Below, piece by piece: positions 37,677 to 49,412 of a stretch of DNA of 64,000 nt. Under the pieces are notes generated by a model that worked only from the letters and a program-made list of their open reading frames with translations, did no database searches and was not told the origin of the DNA. This stretch comes from Octopus sinensis. Lineage: Eukaryota. Position numbers and translations under genes: made by a program. The stretch's first letter is position 1. Each line of letters starts with the position of its first letter. The stretch is taken from contig NC_042997.1 of NCBI RefSeq assembly GCF_006345805.1, positions 139,314,001 through 139,378,000 on the forward strand. The letters are read 5' to 3'.

Positions 37677-39913
37677 TGACTTAATATTGTATGATTGTCG
37701 TCATTTCTTTCTCTCTTGCCTGCGTCTGCCTTCTAAGTGCTGTGGTTTTACTGAGATCTCCCTTTTAGTAGAAAGAATAGCTATAACTCTTTGACTGCTA
37801 TTTCTAAACTCGGTGTGTGGTGAGGCAAATCGTTGCTAAACCCTTAATTATTTAGTATATATATATATATACATACATGTAAATTATTAAGGTGACTATT
37901 CGCAATATCAACCGAAAGGCAACAAGTATAGTCGTCAGTAAAGTGACGGAGGGTGCTAGTCAGCACCGCTGTTTTTCGGTGGCACAAAAGATTGAAGAAT
38001 GATAAAGGGGAGGTGAGAAATGATGAGAGGTGTGGGGGGAGGGGACGTCAGAACATCAAAGCTGATTGAGAAAATTCGTAGTTTTCCGGATGAAGACCGT
38101 CATATGTCTATAATCATACTCGGCGATTTTCATCCAGAGATAATATCTCTTTATGTGCGGGCTTCCGCTATCTATTGTGTTGTTTTTTTTAATGTAGCAC
38201 ATCCATATATATTAAATTTGATACATAGATAGCATGGCTGTCTTGATTTTAAACTGCCTCAACTGCGTCTACCGGATTTTTATTCAACTGGACGGCTAAT
38301 CGTAACGCCAGTAAGTTTACTATATCGGTAGACGAGAAATTCTTGTCCAAGCACGTAGTTAGCTGCGAGTACACGTCATTGCAAAATCTCCAAATGGCCG
38401 AAATGCACCTAGTGTTCCCGATGGTCAGTGCCCGAGCGACTTTTCGCTTCTCCTTGATATTTGTATTTCTAACACAGCCAACCCATAAGAAGTATTATCT
38501 CGAGATAAATACTGCAGTAATTAACCTATCAACTGTGTATATGTATATTAATAATGATACATAGACGGCTGTTTTAATTTAGTACTACCTCAATTGCATT
38601 AACCAGCAATTTTGTACGTGAAAAATTCTGTGCAGAAATGTTTGAAAAAGAAATTATAGAGACCATCTTTTCTAGTGATTTATTCGTGATCAAATGAAAC
38701 TAATTTTTGAAAGAAGTGTGCTAATGATAGATATTTACGTAAATATTTCCAAGGGATTGTATTCTTATAATTTTTTAACGTCATAATCTATTCATTACGT
38801 AACTATATATTTATCGATTATCTTAATAACTGATATTGTAGAATTACTTAACATAATGTGTCGTAAATTCCTCGCAGATAAACACATCGTCCATAATTTA
38901 TCTTAAAAAAGAAAGAAAAGAAGTTTTTTTTGTCTTTTTATTAATTTTGGCCAGTTAGGAGGAGAGATGACAGAGAAGTTAATGAAATGGCAAGTTCGTA
39001 AAATCACATCAACATTAATCTGAAACATTCTGTTTCCTGTTTGTTACTCCGGTCATACAGTTAGTTTTAAACATTAAGTGTGTGAAGTGCAGGTGAGAAA
39101 GCTTATACATATCGGTTCGTTGCTTTGGAATGAATTAAATGTCGCAGTGAAATGTCTCTTCTGTCAGAAAGAATAGTGGAAAGAAATATAAATAAGATCA
39201 GCAATAGATTGCTATATGTAACAGAAGCAAAATTGTAGATTGAGGTAATTATTTGAAGAGAATAAATAATAAATATGAGAGAAAAGTTTTCTGTGTAGTA
39301 CTTCATATGTACGAATTAATCATAACGAATTCTAAATTCTACATGCTACACAAACGAATGCAATGCTTCCGTCATTTTTGTATAGTTTCATTACAGCTAA
39401 CTTTTAATTAGTAGTTTTAGTGTTTGATTCACTTTTAGCAACGAGAGTCACTTTATTTGGCTGACGTTTTTTTTTTTTTTTCAGAAGAAAACAGGTTGTC
39501 ACTTCTGTTCCCAGTCACGAAGCTGAGAGTTTCTGATTTTCCACAGTTATTGATCACATGCTGCTCATAATGACTGCTTACACAGCAATATATTGTCCCC
39601 TATTCAAGGAATTCCTAAAAGAAATGTAATAAAATACCACAAGACCTTTTGCCCGACGCTCTACCGAATCTGTCAACTCACAGTCTTGCTGGAAAAATTT
39701 GAAGTCCGGCTCAGGAAATGGTCAGATGTAGTTTAGCTTGTAACATGTCAATCCATGGATACTCTGATGCTCATGTTTAAATCTAAGACTGTAACTTAGC
39801 AGAAGTGTTTAGCACCGAACTCGATGCATAATAGTATTTGGCTTCATCCTATACGTTCTAAGTTCGAATCCTGCCAAAGTCATCTTGAAAGTTTATGCTC
39901 ACGGGGAACACTA

Positions 39914-40213
39914 GAAGGCGCTTGGCTTAGTGGTTAAAGTATTCGGATTACAATCAAGAGTTCGATTCCTGGCAGAGCGTTGTGTCCTTCAGCAAGACAC
40001 TTTATTTCACGTTGCGCCAGTTCACTCAGTTGTACTTGTATTTCAAACGGCCAGCTTTGTCACATTCTGTTGCGCCACGTAAATCTCCCTGAGAACTACA
40101 TTAAAGGTACGCGTGTCTGTGGAGTGCTCGGCCTCTTGCACGTTAATTTTACGAACAAGCTCTTCCGTTGGTCGGATCAACTAGAACTCTCGTCGTCGTA
40201 ACTAGCGGAATGC
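39914..40213 (+). mobile_element. SINE family E copy
   Basis: GAAGGCGCTTGGCTTAGTGGTTAA..GTTCGATTCCTGG..GTGTCCTTCAGCAAGACACTT..CGTCGTCGTAACTAGCGGA. Confidence 0.8.
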
Positions 40214-40712
40214 CAGTATATACTTCATTCCTCGAACCTTCAACTTCTAATGGAACCATAATGACGCAGTCTTGAGATATGGTTTATCCTTCTCCAAATC
40301 TGTCTGAATCCGATTTCTTCCAGAGTGAACAGAATCGACTCTACGACTGTAATGGTACATTATCTATTAGACCCAAAAGAATGAAATGAGTTGATGACTT
40401 TGGTGGAATTTGAACTGAAAATATAGTCAGCTTGAGCGAATACTCTTGGGTGCTCTATCTACTGTTCTAACGACTTTACTAATTCGCCACTTACACAGAT
40501 TGAGTGAACCTACCAAACCCATCAACCAACAGATTTTTGGCTTTAAAACCCAAAAGAATTAAGGTAGACTAGCGTTGGCATTTCCTCGTCTGTTATAAAC
40601 TGATCTATGACCTGTAAGGCAATAATTTCGATTATGAGACTGATTCCAAGAGAGAGCCTCTATATAATTCTTTGACCTTAAAGAAATAGCAGCAAAACAG
40701 TCGTGATATCAA

Positions 40713-40746
<34 letters not shown>

Positions 40747-40959
40747 GAAGCCATTATTCCAAAATGCGTACAGAGCGACGAAACCGTGCTACTCGCACTG
40801 GTGCAGTGTCCGACTTGCTGGCTTGTGGAGCTATCAATATATTGAACAGTTGTGGCGTATAAGATGTATCTGGCTATCAGCCGGGTCTATCGTGAAATTG
40901 CCTCACCGTCAGTTTTTATTAAGGCTGCGTAAGCAGTTTTCTTTTGTGTGGTAGTTAAA

Positions 40960-41390
40960 TCGAAAGAGGTGTGTGAAGCACAAGGTTGAAAGAATTGACA
41001 TCATCCTCTTCGCTAAAGCCCCCAAGTAAAAGGAAGAGCGGATAGAAAGAAAAGTGCTCTCCTTCGGTGAATTTGTCAAAGGGTGGTGAGAATGGTTAGG
41101 GTGAACAGAATTACTCAAAGCAGGCGCATGTAGTTTGGAGAGAGCAATCTACTGCTCGTGAGCTTGCATCAGTGGGTTTCCTTGATCGACCCTAACCAGA
41201 GGCTTTCCTGTACCAGGAGGATTGTATTATCCATGCATCCCCATGTTTTGTATAGTATGTATACTTTCGTCTTATTGTCCTCCATCCCACCTCTTTTTCT
41301 TCATCCTGTTTTACGCAAACTCTCACTCAAATTGTAACTTGTCCCACTAATGTTTGCTCATTTGATGCCCCTATGGCAATTAAAATAAAT
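40960..41390 (+). mobile_element. Possible decayed 3' end of a Tx1/L1-type LINE (ORF2 C-terminus + 3' UTR)
   Basis: Translation RIERKVLSFGEFVKGW..RMVRVN resembles, from memory, octopus Tx1-like ORF2 C-termini. Ends GCCCCTATGGCAATTAAAATAAA. Not verified by search. Confidence 0.35.
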
Positions 41391-41476
41391 CATTATCATC
41401 TTCAACATCATTATTACCCCCCACCTTATTTATGCCTCTGTGCATAATAAAAGAAATTATTATGATTATTATTATT

Positions 41477-42634
41477 ACTAGCAGATCTACCCATCTACGA
41501 TGGGGGAATAAAATGTGGGAGGGAGGTCATAACAGCAGTGTGTATTGAGAAAAGTGTAAATGGACTTGATAGATTACTGGATGATGTCTTAGAGAAATCA
41601 CATTATTGTTGGTGATACAGCTTTCTATCGCAGCTAAATGACATGTTTGCGACTAAGTGACATGTGATGACGATTCACTCCCGAACTGAAATAGGTTCCC
41701 AGCCTCTGTATCTTGAATGGTTATGTGGACCACCCCTTGCGGAAGTCAGGGTTTACTTCGACCACTACATAAAAAGTATTTTTTAAAAATGTTATTTAGA
41801 TATACTTTTATCTTAGTTGCTTACACTATTTTTCACTTGTTTATACTTTTATACATTCAAAGTTCACAGATTTGCTTATTCAAATTATGAATCATATTCC
41901 TTTCGATAATATCAATATGATTGCAAATCTTCTTTGTAGACGATATTTTCTGTTTGGTCGACGCTAATTTTCAAATTACTGGAGTCCGTTGCTCTACTCA
42001 TAGCGACGTATAACTAGCCGTGTGTAAACATTGAAGCGGGTGAAAATACACCTACACGATCTAAAGTCTGGCCCTGTGCCTTATTTGCTGTGAACACGAG
42101 AGTAGAATCTTTAGGGTTACAAAAAAATCAAACTAAGACTTACCTCTCACTGTTCTATGCGAATAATGTCTGGATTTCTGGAACCATGGGTTATTTTGAT
42201 TGACAAAACAGAGATGTAAGCAACATCCACTTCTATTAGCCGTTTCGAATCCTGCTCGAAACTGACACACTTCAATAACCACTAAATAATCACACACACT
42301 ATATACTGACACACACTTTTTCCATTTTCTTTTCGCTATTAACCATCCTCATGTAACCCCATCTACGATGGGGTCACGAACTATACGATGAATATCCAGA
42401 GTTACTCGTGGTCGGTGAATTTTTAATAAAAATGCGAAGGTGGTTTGTCAATTCAAAAATCGATATCCACGAAATAATTATACTTTCTGATTTTTTTAAT
42501 GCTAAAAACCTTCCTAACAATCGTCTTTGTAATCCCGAAAAATATCGTAACCATTGGTCCAGCCGTCTGGCTGTGAAGAGGGAACAGGCAAAGAGACGGA
42601 CAGACGGACAGACAAACGGACATTATAGTAAGAT
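41477..42634 (+). mobile_element. Helitron/Helentron-associated non-autonomous element (HINE/DINE-1-like), long unit
   Basis: Starts ACTAGCAG with hairpin CCCATC-TAC-GATGGG (41490-41504; repeated with an 8-bp stem at 42356-42374). Subterminal CATTGGTCCAGCCGT, short (GGAC/AGAC) tract, ends TTATAGTAAGAT. No TSD; (ATT)n left flank. Confidence 0.55.
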
Positions 42635-42947
42635 AGCAAATCTGCCCACTTTACGATGGGAAATAAGGGGATAGTATGGCAAACCGAAACCCTCTAAATT
42701 CACGAACTATACGGGGTGGGGGGATCCAGAGTTAATCCTTGTCGCAGGAATTTTAACAAAAAAAATCAAAGCTGATTTATTAATACAAAACTCAATATCC
42801 ACTAAATAATCATACTTTTTCACATTTTTTCGCTAAAAACCTTCTTGATTAACTCTTTCATAATCCCGAAAATCATGACCATTGGTCCAGCCGTTTGACC
42901 GTGAAGAGGGAACAGACAGAGGGAGATAAGGCCCGTTATAGTAAGAT
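42634..42947 (+). mobile_element. Second, short Helentron-like unit abutting the first
   Basis: Starts TAGCAAATCTGCCCACTTTACGATGGG; shares CACGAACTATACG, GCTAAAAACCTTC, TAATCCCGAAAA, CATTGGTCCAGCCGT; ends TTATAGTAAGAT; (ATT)n right flank. Confidence 0.55.
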
Positions 42948-42957
42948 TATTATTATC

Positions 42958-42988
<31 letters not shown>

Positions 42989-43078
42989 TTATTATCATTA
43001 TTATTATTACTACAACAACTAATACTACTGCTACTGCAACTGCTGCTACTGCTACTGCTGCTTCTGCTGCTACCACTA

Positions 43079-43110
<32 letters not shown>

Positions 43111-43147
43111 ACTACTGCTGCTGCTACTACTACTACTACTACTACTG

Positions 43148-43184
<37 letters not shown>

Positions 43185-43188
43185 CACA

Positions 43189-43218
<30 letters not shown>
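42948..43218. repeat. Compound trinucleotide microsatellite (ATT)-(ACT)-(GCT)-(ACC)-(ACT)
   Basis: Direct inspection. Confidence 0.95.
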
Positions 43219-43219
<1 letters not shown>

Positions 43220-44129
43220 AGGCGATGAGCCGGCAGAATCATTAGCACGCCGGACCAAAGGCCTTCGCAGCATTTCGTCCATCTACTATTGTTTAGGTTT
43301 GGACTTAACCTCAATGATGTTGTCTTGTTAACGATGTTGTTATTAACTTATTACGTTTATGTTAAGCCATTTTTTTCTATTTCCTCCGAAGAAGAGCAGT
43401 GTGACTCATTAATTACCTGTAAATTGCTTGAAAATTTTTCTTACCGGCGCGAAAATTTATTCCACTCGCTTATCCAGATGTGGTCTCTTCCTCTAACCAC
43501 TAAACTGTAGGTTTGAATTTAAATAATCAATTGAGTTGTAGTTGATTTTGTTATACCATGCGTACCATGCAGACTATACGTACTCTCTTCGGCAGTACAT
43601 ATTCTAAATTTAGAACAACACAGAATATCAGCGAGTCCCCTGTTCAAGGGTGACACGCAAAATCGTGAAGCGTTCCGGGTTTTCTTGAAGCGGCGAACTG
43701 GCAGAATTGTTAGTCAGACGGAAAAAATTGCTTTGCGACGTTTGTTCCGACAATTTACACTATGAGTTCAAATTCTACCGAAATTTATTTTGTCTTTCAT
43801 TCATCCGGACTCGACAAAATAAAGTACTAGTCGTGTACTGTGGACGATGCTATCGACTAGCCTGCTCCTCTAATAATTGCTGGTTTCGTGTTTAAATAAG
43901 AAACTATTATTACAATAATCATGTCTGTTGTGGAAACTTTCGTATGTAGTTCATAACTAATTTGCTTATCATTTCCTTCTTCACCATTAATCAGTGTTCT
44001 GGAAAATATAACCTTGCCATTGAATTGTTCAATGTTTGTTATCAGTTAAGGACGTAATCCGATATCAGTCTCCTTCTGGACGCATGACACCTATGTCATT
44101 TTTTGACTTTTTCATTCCATTTGTAGACA

Positions 44130-44716
44130 TGTAAGAATTAGCACTTCCTTCTCTAAGCTTGGATTCGAAATCAGACCCAAGAATCATTGGTCGTAAAATA
44201 CCAATGCACAAAAAGGCGCGAAATCAGAATCTCTTTGTTCTGACAAAAAATGATGGATCGTCTCCCTTCGACCTCTGACCCGAGCAGGTCAGACGAAGTT
44301 TAACAGGACGACCAGCGACCTACTGTACGCGATAACACTCGTGCGGTATATCTATTTTTCTGGCTATTTGAGATGTTATAAATAGAACGGAGAAATAGGT
44401 ATCGGCAGAGAACCCTAACCAACGTTTAAGAGAACGTCACGCATTTATGAGGACGACGAAAGAATATTCAGAAAGGTGACTCTGTACTGCATGATTTACA
44501 CACACACACACACACACACACCATCAAACATATTCTGCTTTAATGTGTATCATGTATTATGCATTCCTTTAATATGTATTATTTGCAACCACTATTTAAT
44601 ATGCATTTTGTACAAGCGATGTGTAGCATTGCTTACAAATTGATGTAGTGATAATAAATATTTAATTTATTACAAAGCACTTATGTATTTATTAATACAT
44701 CCACGCATCCACTACA
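44130..44716 (+). repeat. 5' LTR
   Basis: 7 substitutions versus the 3' LTR. TATAAAT 44377-44383, AATAAA 44653-44658, internal (AC)12. Confidence 0.97.
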
Positions 44717-44718
44717 TT

Positions 44719-44729
44719 TGGTGACCCCG
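44719..44729 (+). promoter_or_regulatory. Primer-binding site, tRNA-Trp type
   Basis: TGGTGACCCCG, 2 nt after the 5' LTR; matches the first 11 nt of the tRNA-Trp PBS TGGTGACCCCGACGTGAT used by avian sarcoma-leukosis viruses. Confidence 0.8.
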
Positions 44730-44834
44730 TAAAACGAATCGCGCCTTCCCCGGAACCAGCTTCATCAACCGCGTCGAAGAATTACAGTTTGCACATCACC
44801 AGCAACGAAGCAACTGAAAATTCCGACGAAAACA

Positions 44835-45710
44835 ATGAATCTCCCGGAACAAAATCCAGCGGCCAACATCGACATGGCATTCCAAGCGGCGATCTCGTTA
44901 AAAATTCCACCATTCTGGACCCACGACCCGACATTGTGGTTTCACCATATAGAGGCACAGTTTGCCTCTCACAGAATATCGAGCGATGCGGCTTGACTTT
45001 CTCACGTTATCAGTTCTCTGTCACCAGAAATAACGAACGTGATACGCGACCTTATCATGGCACCACCCGGTTCTGTTTCATATGAAGTTTTTAAAACCAC
45101 GTTAATAAACAGAGCCTCAGAATCCCAACAAAAAATACTTCACCAGCTTCTGATATCGGAAGAATTGGGTGACAAAACGCCGTCCCAGCTTCTTCGGAGA
45201 ATGAAACAGCTTCTCGGAGATGAGACGCTCCCAGAAAAAATCTTCAAGCAACTTTTTCTCCAGCGTCTGCCCTCCAATACCCAGGTTGTTCTCGCGTCCA
45301 CCAGAGAAAACACATCCCTTGAAGAACTGGCGGAGCTAGCTGACAAAATAGCCGAAGTACCGCACAGATACCCAACGGTATCGACGGTGACGCCAGCCGC
45401 TCCCAGTACCAATCCTTTCCGTGCACAAACCAGTTCTTCAGAGATTTCGGATTTGCGTGCATTAATGACGCAGCAAGCTGCGCAAATACAAATTCTCACA
45501 GCCCAAATACAAGCCCTAAAGTTTAGTCCCCAGCGTCGAAGCACCAGCCGATCTCGACGAGATGGCAGACGGTCTCGAAGCCCTAGTGCTACCCGCAACT
45601 CACATGACACGTGTTGGTACCACCGAACATTCGGAACACGGGCACAAAAATGTACGGTACCGTGCTCGTTTTCCTCACCCAGTTCGGGAAACGGCACAGC
45701 CAGGAATTGA
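44835..45710 (+). pseudogene. gag: Gypsy gag with one in-frame stop
   Basis: MNLPEQ..LKIPPFWTHDPTLWFHHIEAQF; TGA at 44994-44996, then the same frame continues as ORF 45039-45710 (LFLQRLP, CWYHRTFG..KCTVPCSF). Confidence 0.9.
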
Positions 45711-45748
45711 ACGCGACGGAAGTTCCTGGTTCGCACCCACACAGTCGC
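45686..45748 (+). promoter_or_regulatory. Putative -1 ribosomal frameshift signal (G GGA AAC + downstream stem-loop or pseudoknot)
   Basis: Heptamer 45686-45692 in gag phase; pol is in the -1 frame. Stem CCAGGAAT/GTTCCTGG (45700-45707, 45722-45729); loop GCGAC can pair with GTCGC 45744-45748. Confidence 0.7.
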
Positions 45749-48700
45749 CTGTTTTTCGTTTGCGATCGTGTAACAGGCACGCGTTTCCTGGTTGACACAG
45801 GTGCGGAAGTCAGCATCATCCCAGTCTCCAACACTTCTGGAAAAAGAAAAGAGACATCAGTCTGTCTTCAGGCAGTCAACCATTCACCCATTCCAACCTA
45901 CGGTGAACAGTCCCTAACATAGGACTACGCCGCACATTTCAGTGGGTATTCGTCGTCGCTAAACTGCCGACCCCTATCTTAGGAGCCGATTTCCTGCATC
46001 ATTTCGGTCTCCTGGTAGACATAAAGAACAGACGACTTGTCGACACCACCACCAAGCTTACTGTGCGCGGTATAGCCGCTCGAATGGACACAGTCAGCCC
46101 AACTGTAATGCTTACGACAACGACTCGTCACAGTTCCATCCTGAATGATTATCCAGATGTCGCCCGGCCAGTTTTTCATAACCAGCCGATAAAGCACGAC
46201 GTTACCCACCACATCAAAACCAGCGGTCCACCTGTTGCTGCAAGGCCCAGAAGGTTACCACCTGATCGTCTCCAGGCCGTCAAGCGGGAATTCCAGCACA
46301 TGCTCGACCTCGGAATCATCCGCGTTTCCAGCAGCAACTGGTCCTCGCCGATACACTGCGTCCCAAAAAAATCATCGACCGATTGGAGGGTTTGCGGCGA
46401 TTATCGATCACTGAACAAAAGCACTATCAGTGATGCCTATCCAGTGCCTTTTCTTCAGGACTTTTCGAGCTCGCTGCATGGAGCTCGCATCTTTTCAAAA
46501 ATCGACCTGGTGCGAGCATACAACCAAATCCCAGTCGAAACTGCAGACATCTCAAAGACAGCAGTGACTACACCTTTCGGAATGTTTGAATTCCTGCGTA
46601 TGCCTTTCGGTTTACGAAACGCGGCACAGACATTCCAAAGGTTTATCGACATGGTGACTAGAGGTTTGCCTTTCGTCTATGCCTACATAGACGACATACT
46701 CGTGGCCAGTAACTCGGACGAAGAGCATAATCAACACCTTCACCTGCTATTCGGACGACTACGTCAATTTGGAATTGTTATCAACCCTACCAAATGTTTG
46801 TTCGGAGTTGTTCCCTTCATTTTCTCGGCCATATAGTCGATAAAAATGGAATTCGTCCCCTTCCCGAGAAAGTCAAGGCCATCGTGGATTTTCCACCACC
46901 CACATCTCTCCGCAAATTAAGGGAATATCTCGGTCTAGCGAATTTCTATCGACGGTTCGTGCCCCACCTCGCTGAAATAGCGCAACCGCTCACGGATTTG
47001 CTACGTCAGCGAACCTGCAAAAATGCAGATATAGCTCTGACCGAAGATCAACTCGTTTCTTTCGCTGCCCTGAAAAAAGCGTTATCTAGCGCTACCATGT
47101 TGGTTTATCCAAAACCAGACGCCCCACGATGTTTACTCGTTGATGCATCCGATTCCGGAATCGGAGGTGTGCTACAACAGTTTGTTGACGGTATATGGCA
47201 ACCGTTGTCTTTCTTTTCTAAGCGGTTAAAACCCGCGGAAACCAAATACAGCACATTCAGTCGGGAATTATTGGCGGCATACCTGGCCGTTAAGCATTTC
47301 CGTCATATGCTAGAAGGTACCAATTTTGCCATATACACCGACCACAAGCCATTAGTATACGCATTTAACACCAAACCGGATCGCCATTCGCCAAGAGAAA
47401 TACGCCACCTCGACTTCATATCGCAGTACACGACGGATATACGCCACATCAAAGGGACGACCAACGTGGCAGCCGATGCACTTTCACGTGCGCAGATCAA
47501 TGCTATCCACACCACGTCTACAGTTGATCTGGCACGTATAGCAGCTGACCAGGAGAATGACGAAGAACTTCTAAAGCTCCGGAATTCGTCATCTCTGAAA
47601 TTTCAGCATGTTCCACTACCATCATCCACAGCCCATATTTGGTGTGATATTTCCACTGGTTACCAACGCCCTTATGTACCACAGAAATATCGTCGAGAAG
47701 TTTTCTCCGCTCTACATTCTCTGTCACATCCTGGTATTCGCTCCACTCAAAAGCTAATATCGACCCGTTTTGTGTGGACCAGTATCAACAAGGATATCAG
47801 AGAATGGACCAAGTGCTGTGTTGCGTGCCAAAAAGCGAAAATCCACCGGCACATAAAATCACCAATCGGTTCATTTTCGCAGCCCGATGCACGATTTCAG
47901 CACGTTCACATTGATATCGTTGGACCCCTGCCACCTTCGCAGAACTATTCATATTTGCTAACTTGCGTAGATAGGTTCTCGCGATGGCCCGAAGCCTGGC
48001 CCCTATCTGATATATCAGCAGAAACGGTCGCTAAAACGCTGATATCACAATGGGTTTCGCGTTTTGGCACACCCGCAACAATTACCACCGACAGAGGACG
48101 TCAGTTCGATTCCCACCTTTTCACCGAGCTGACTCGTCTCCTCAGGTGTAAACACACCCGCACTACAGCTTACCACCCTGCAGCAAATGGCATGGTGGAA
48201 CGCTTTCACCGCCAACTCAAGGCATCTATAAAAGCAGCTCCAGACAGTTCTCACTGGTTGGAACATCTCCCTCTCATCCTCCTTGGAATTCGATCCACGA
48301 TTAAGGAAGAACTGGGATATACTCCGGCCGAACTCGTTTATGGCACAACACTCACCTTACCTGGGCAGATGATCGAACCTGTTCCACAAAACTTCCCTGA
48401 CCCACAACAATATGTGCACCGATTACGAACATCCATGTCGCGGTTATCACCTTCAGGCCCCAGACAACAGAACGTCGTTTCACGTGTCCCAAAAGATATC
48501 AACACATGGACTCATGTCTTCGTGAGGAATGATGGGATACCCTCTCAACTTCGACCACCATATTCCGGGCCCTACAAGGTCATCAAAAGAGAACCCAAGT
48601 ATTTCGTCCTCGATATTGGAGGTAAACGAAATACGGTCTCGATTGATCGTTTAAAAAAAGCTTTCATCGAGGAGGACTTACATTCAGTCCCCTCTTTTCC

Positions 48701-48845
48701 TCAAACAGACTCGGCAACTCCAGCGAACACCACAGATTCTGCACAACCCCGACACACCAAATCAGGAAGAACAGTTCGATGGCCAGCAAGGTTTGTGCAA
48801 GTTTTTCGGGTAAGTTCTGAACTCCTAACGTATCCATATTCCTAA
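45686..48845 (+). pseudogene. pol: Gypsy pol (protease, RT, RNase H, integrase) with two frameshifts
   Basis: Protease FLVDTGAEVS; RT YIDD (46684-46695), [14 protein letters not shown]; RNase [22 protein letters not shown]; integrase [29 protein letters not shown]. Frame breaks at 45920-45921 and 46810-46811. Confidence 0.93.
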
Positions 48846-49400
48846 TGAACACATAACTGCATCACCCACCCAGAGAAATCAAAGAACATTTGTGTACGTA
48901 AAAAATAAAATTAAAAAAATGAAAACAAAAACTGTCTGTATGAACTTTTACGGAACATTTCAAAATCGAACTTTGCCGATGAACATTTCTTTCATTTTTG
49001 CATGTACATATTTTTTGTTTTCTCTTCAAAATGTTTGCTTTCTCATAAATATATTTTTTTGCTAACTGTATATCCACACACATTTACAAATCTTGTTCTC
49101 ATGCGTGCTATCACTCGATATTTTTTCGCCACTGAAAGATACCTTGTCTCTATTAGACCTCTAGTAGGTCGAGTAATCAATAGACGCACATCTCTTTCAA
49201 CGCGCCAACATAATTCTGCCTGGGCACATATACATATTGCCCACCATATAGCACATACAAATTGTAAACCTTTCATGCATATTTTTATCGTTCAATGTGT
49301 AAAAATTTTTTTTTTCTACATGCACACAATCAAAAAAAAAAAAATAATAATAATAATAATACAATTCCAATATCGTTCGATCTCTGTGGCTTTCTCACTA

Positions 49401-49412
49401 GAAGGGGGGTAG
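49401..49412 (+). promoter_or_regulatory. Polypurine tract
   Basis: GAAGGGGGGTAG immediately 5' of the 3' LTR. Confidence 0.85.

Larger units (their letters stand above)
36968..37858 (+). mobile_element. Retrozyme-like non-coding element: 314-bp repeat, 263-bp unique segment, 314-bp repeat, within (TA)n
   Basis: 36968-37281 and 37545-37858 differ at 5 positions (offset 577). Each contains a canonical hammerhead. No ORF in the track. Confidence 0.75.

Noticed and set aside
42820-43314. Poly-Ser, poly-Thr and poly-Val ORFs resembling mucin or low-complexity proteins
   Set aside because: Translations of a compound trinucleotide tract; the flanking codons come from a Helentron-like element and a SINE.
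45140-45742. 200-aa antisense ORF over gag
   Set aside because: Expected shadow of a GC-richer coding region; no independent motif.
49002-49412. 136-aa ORF between pol and the 3' LTR as a possible env
   Set aside because: Too short, AT-rich, includes A/T homopolymers, and shows no signal peptide, furin site or transmembrane layout.
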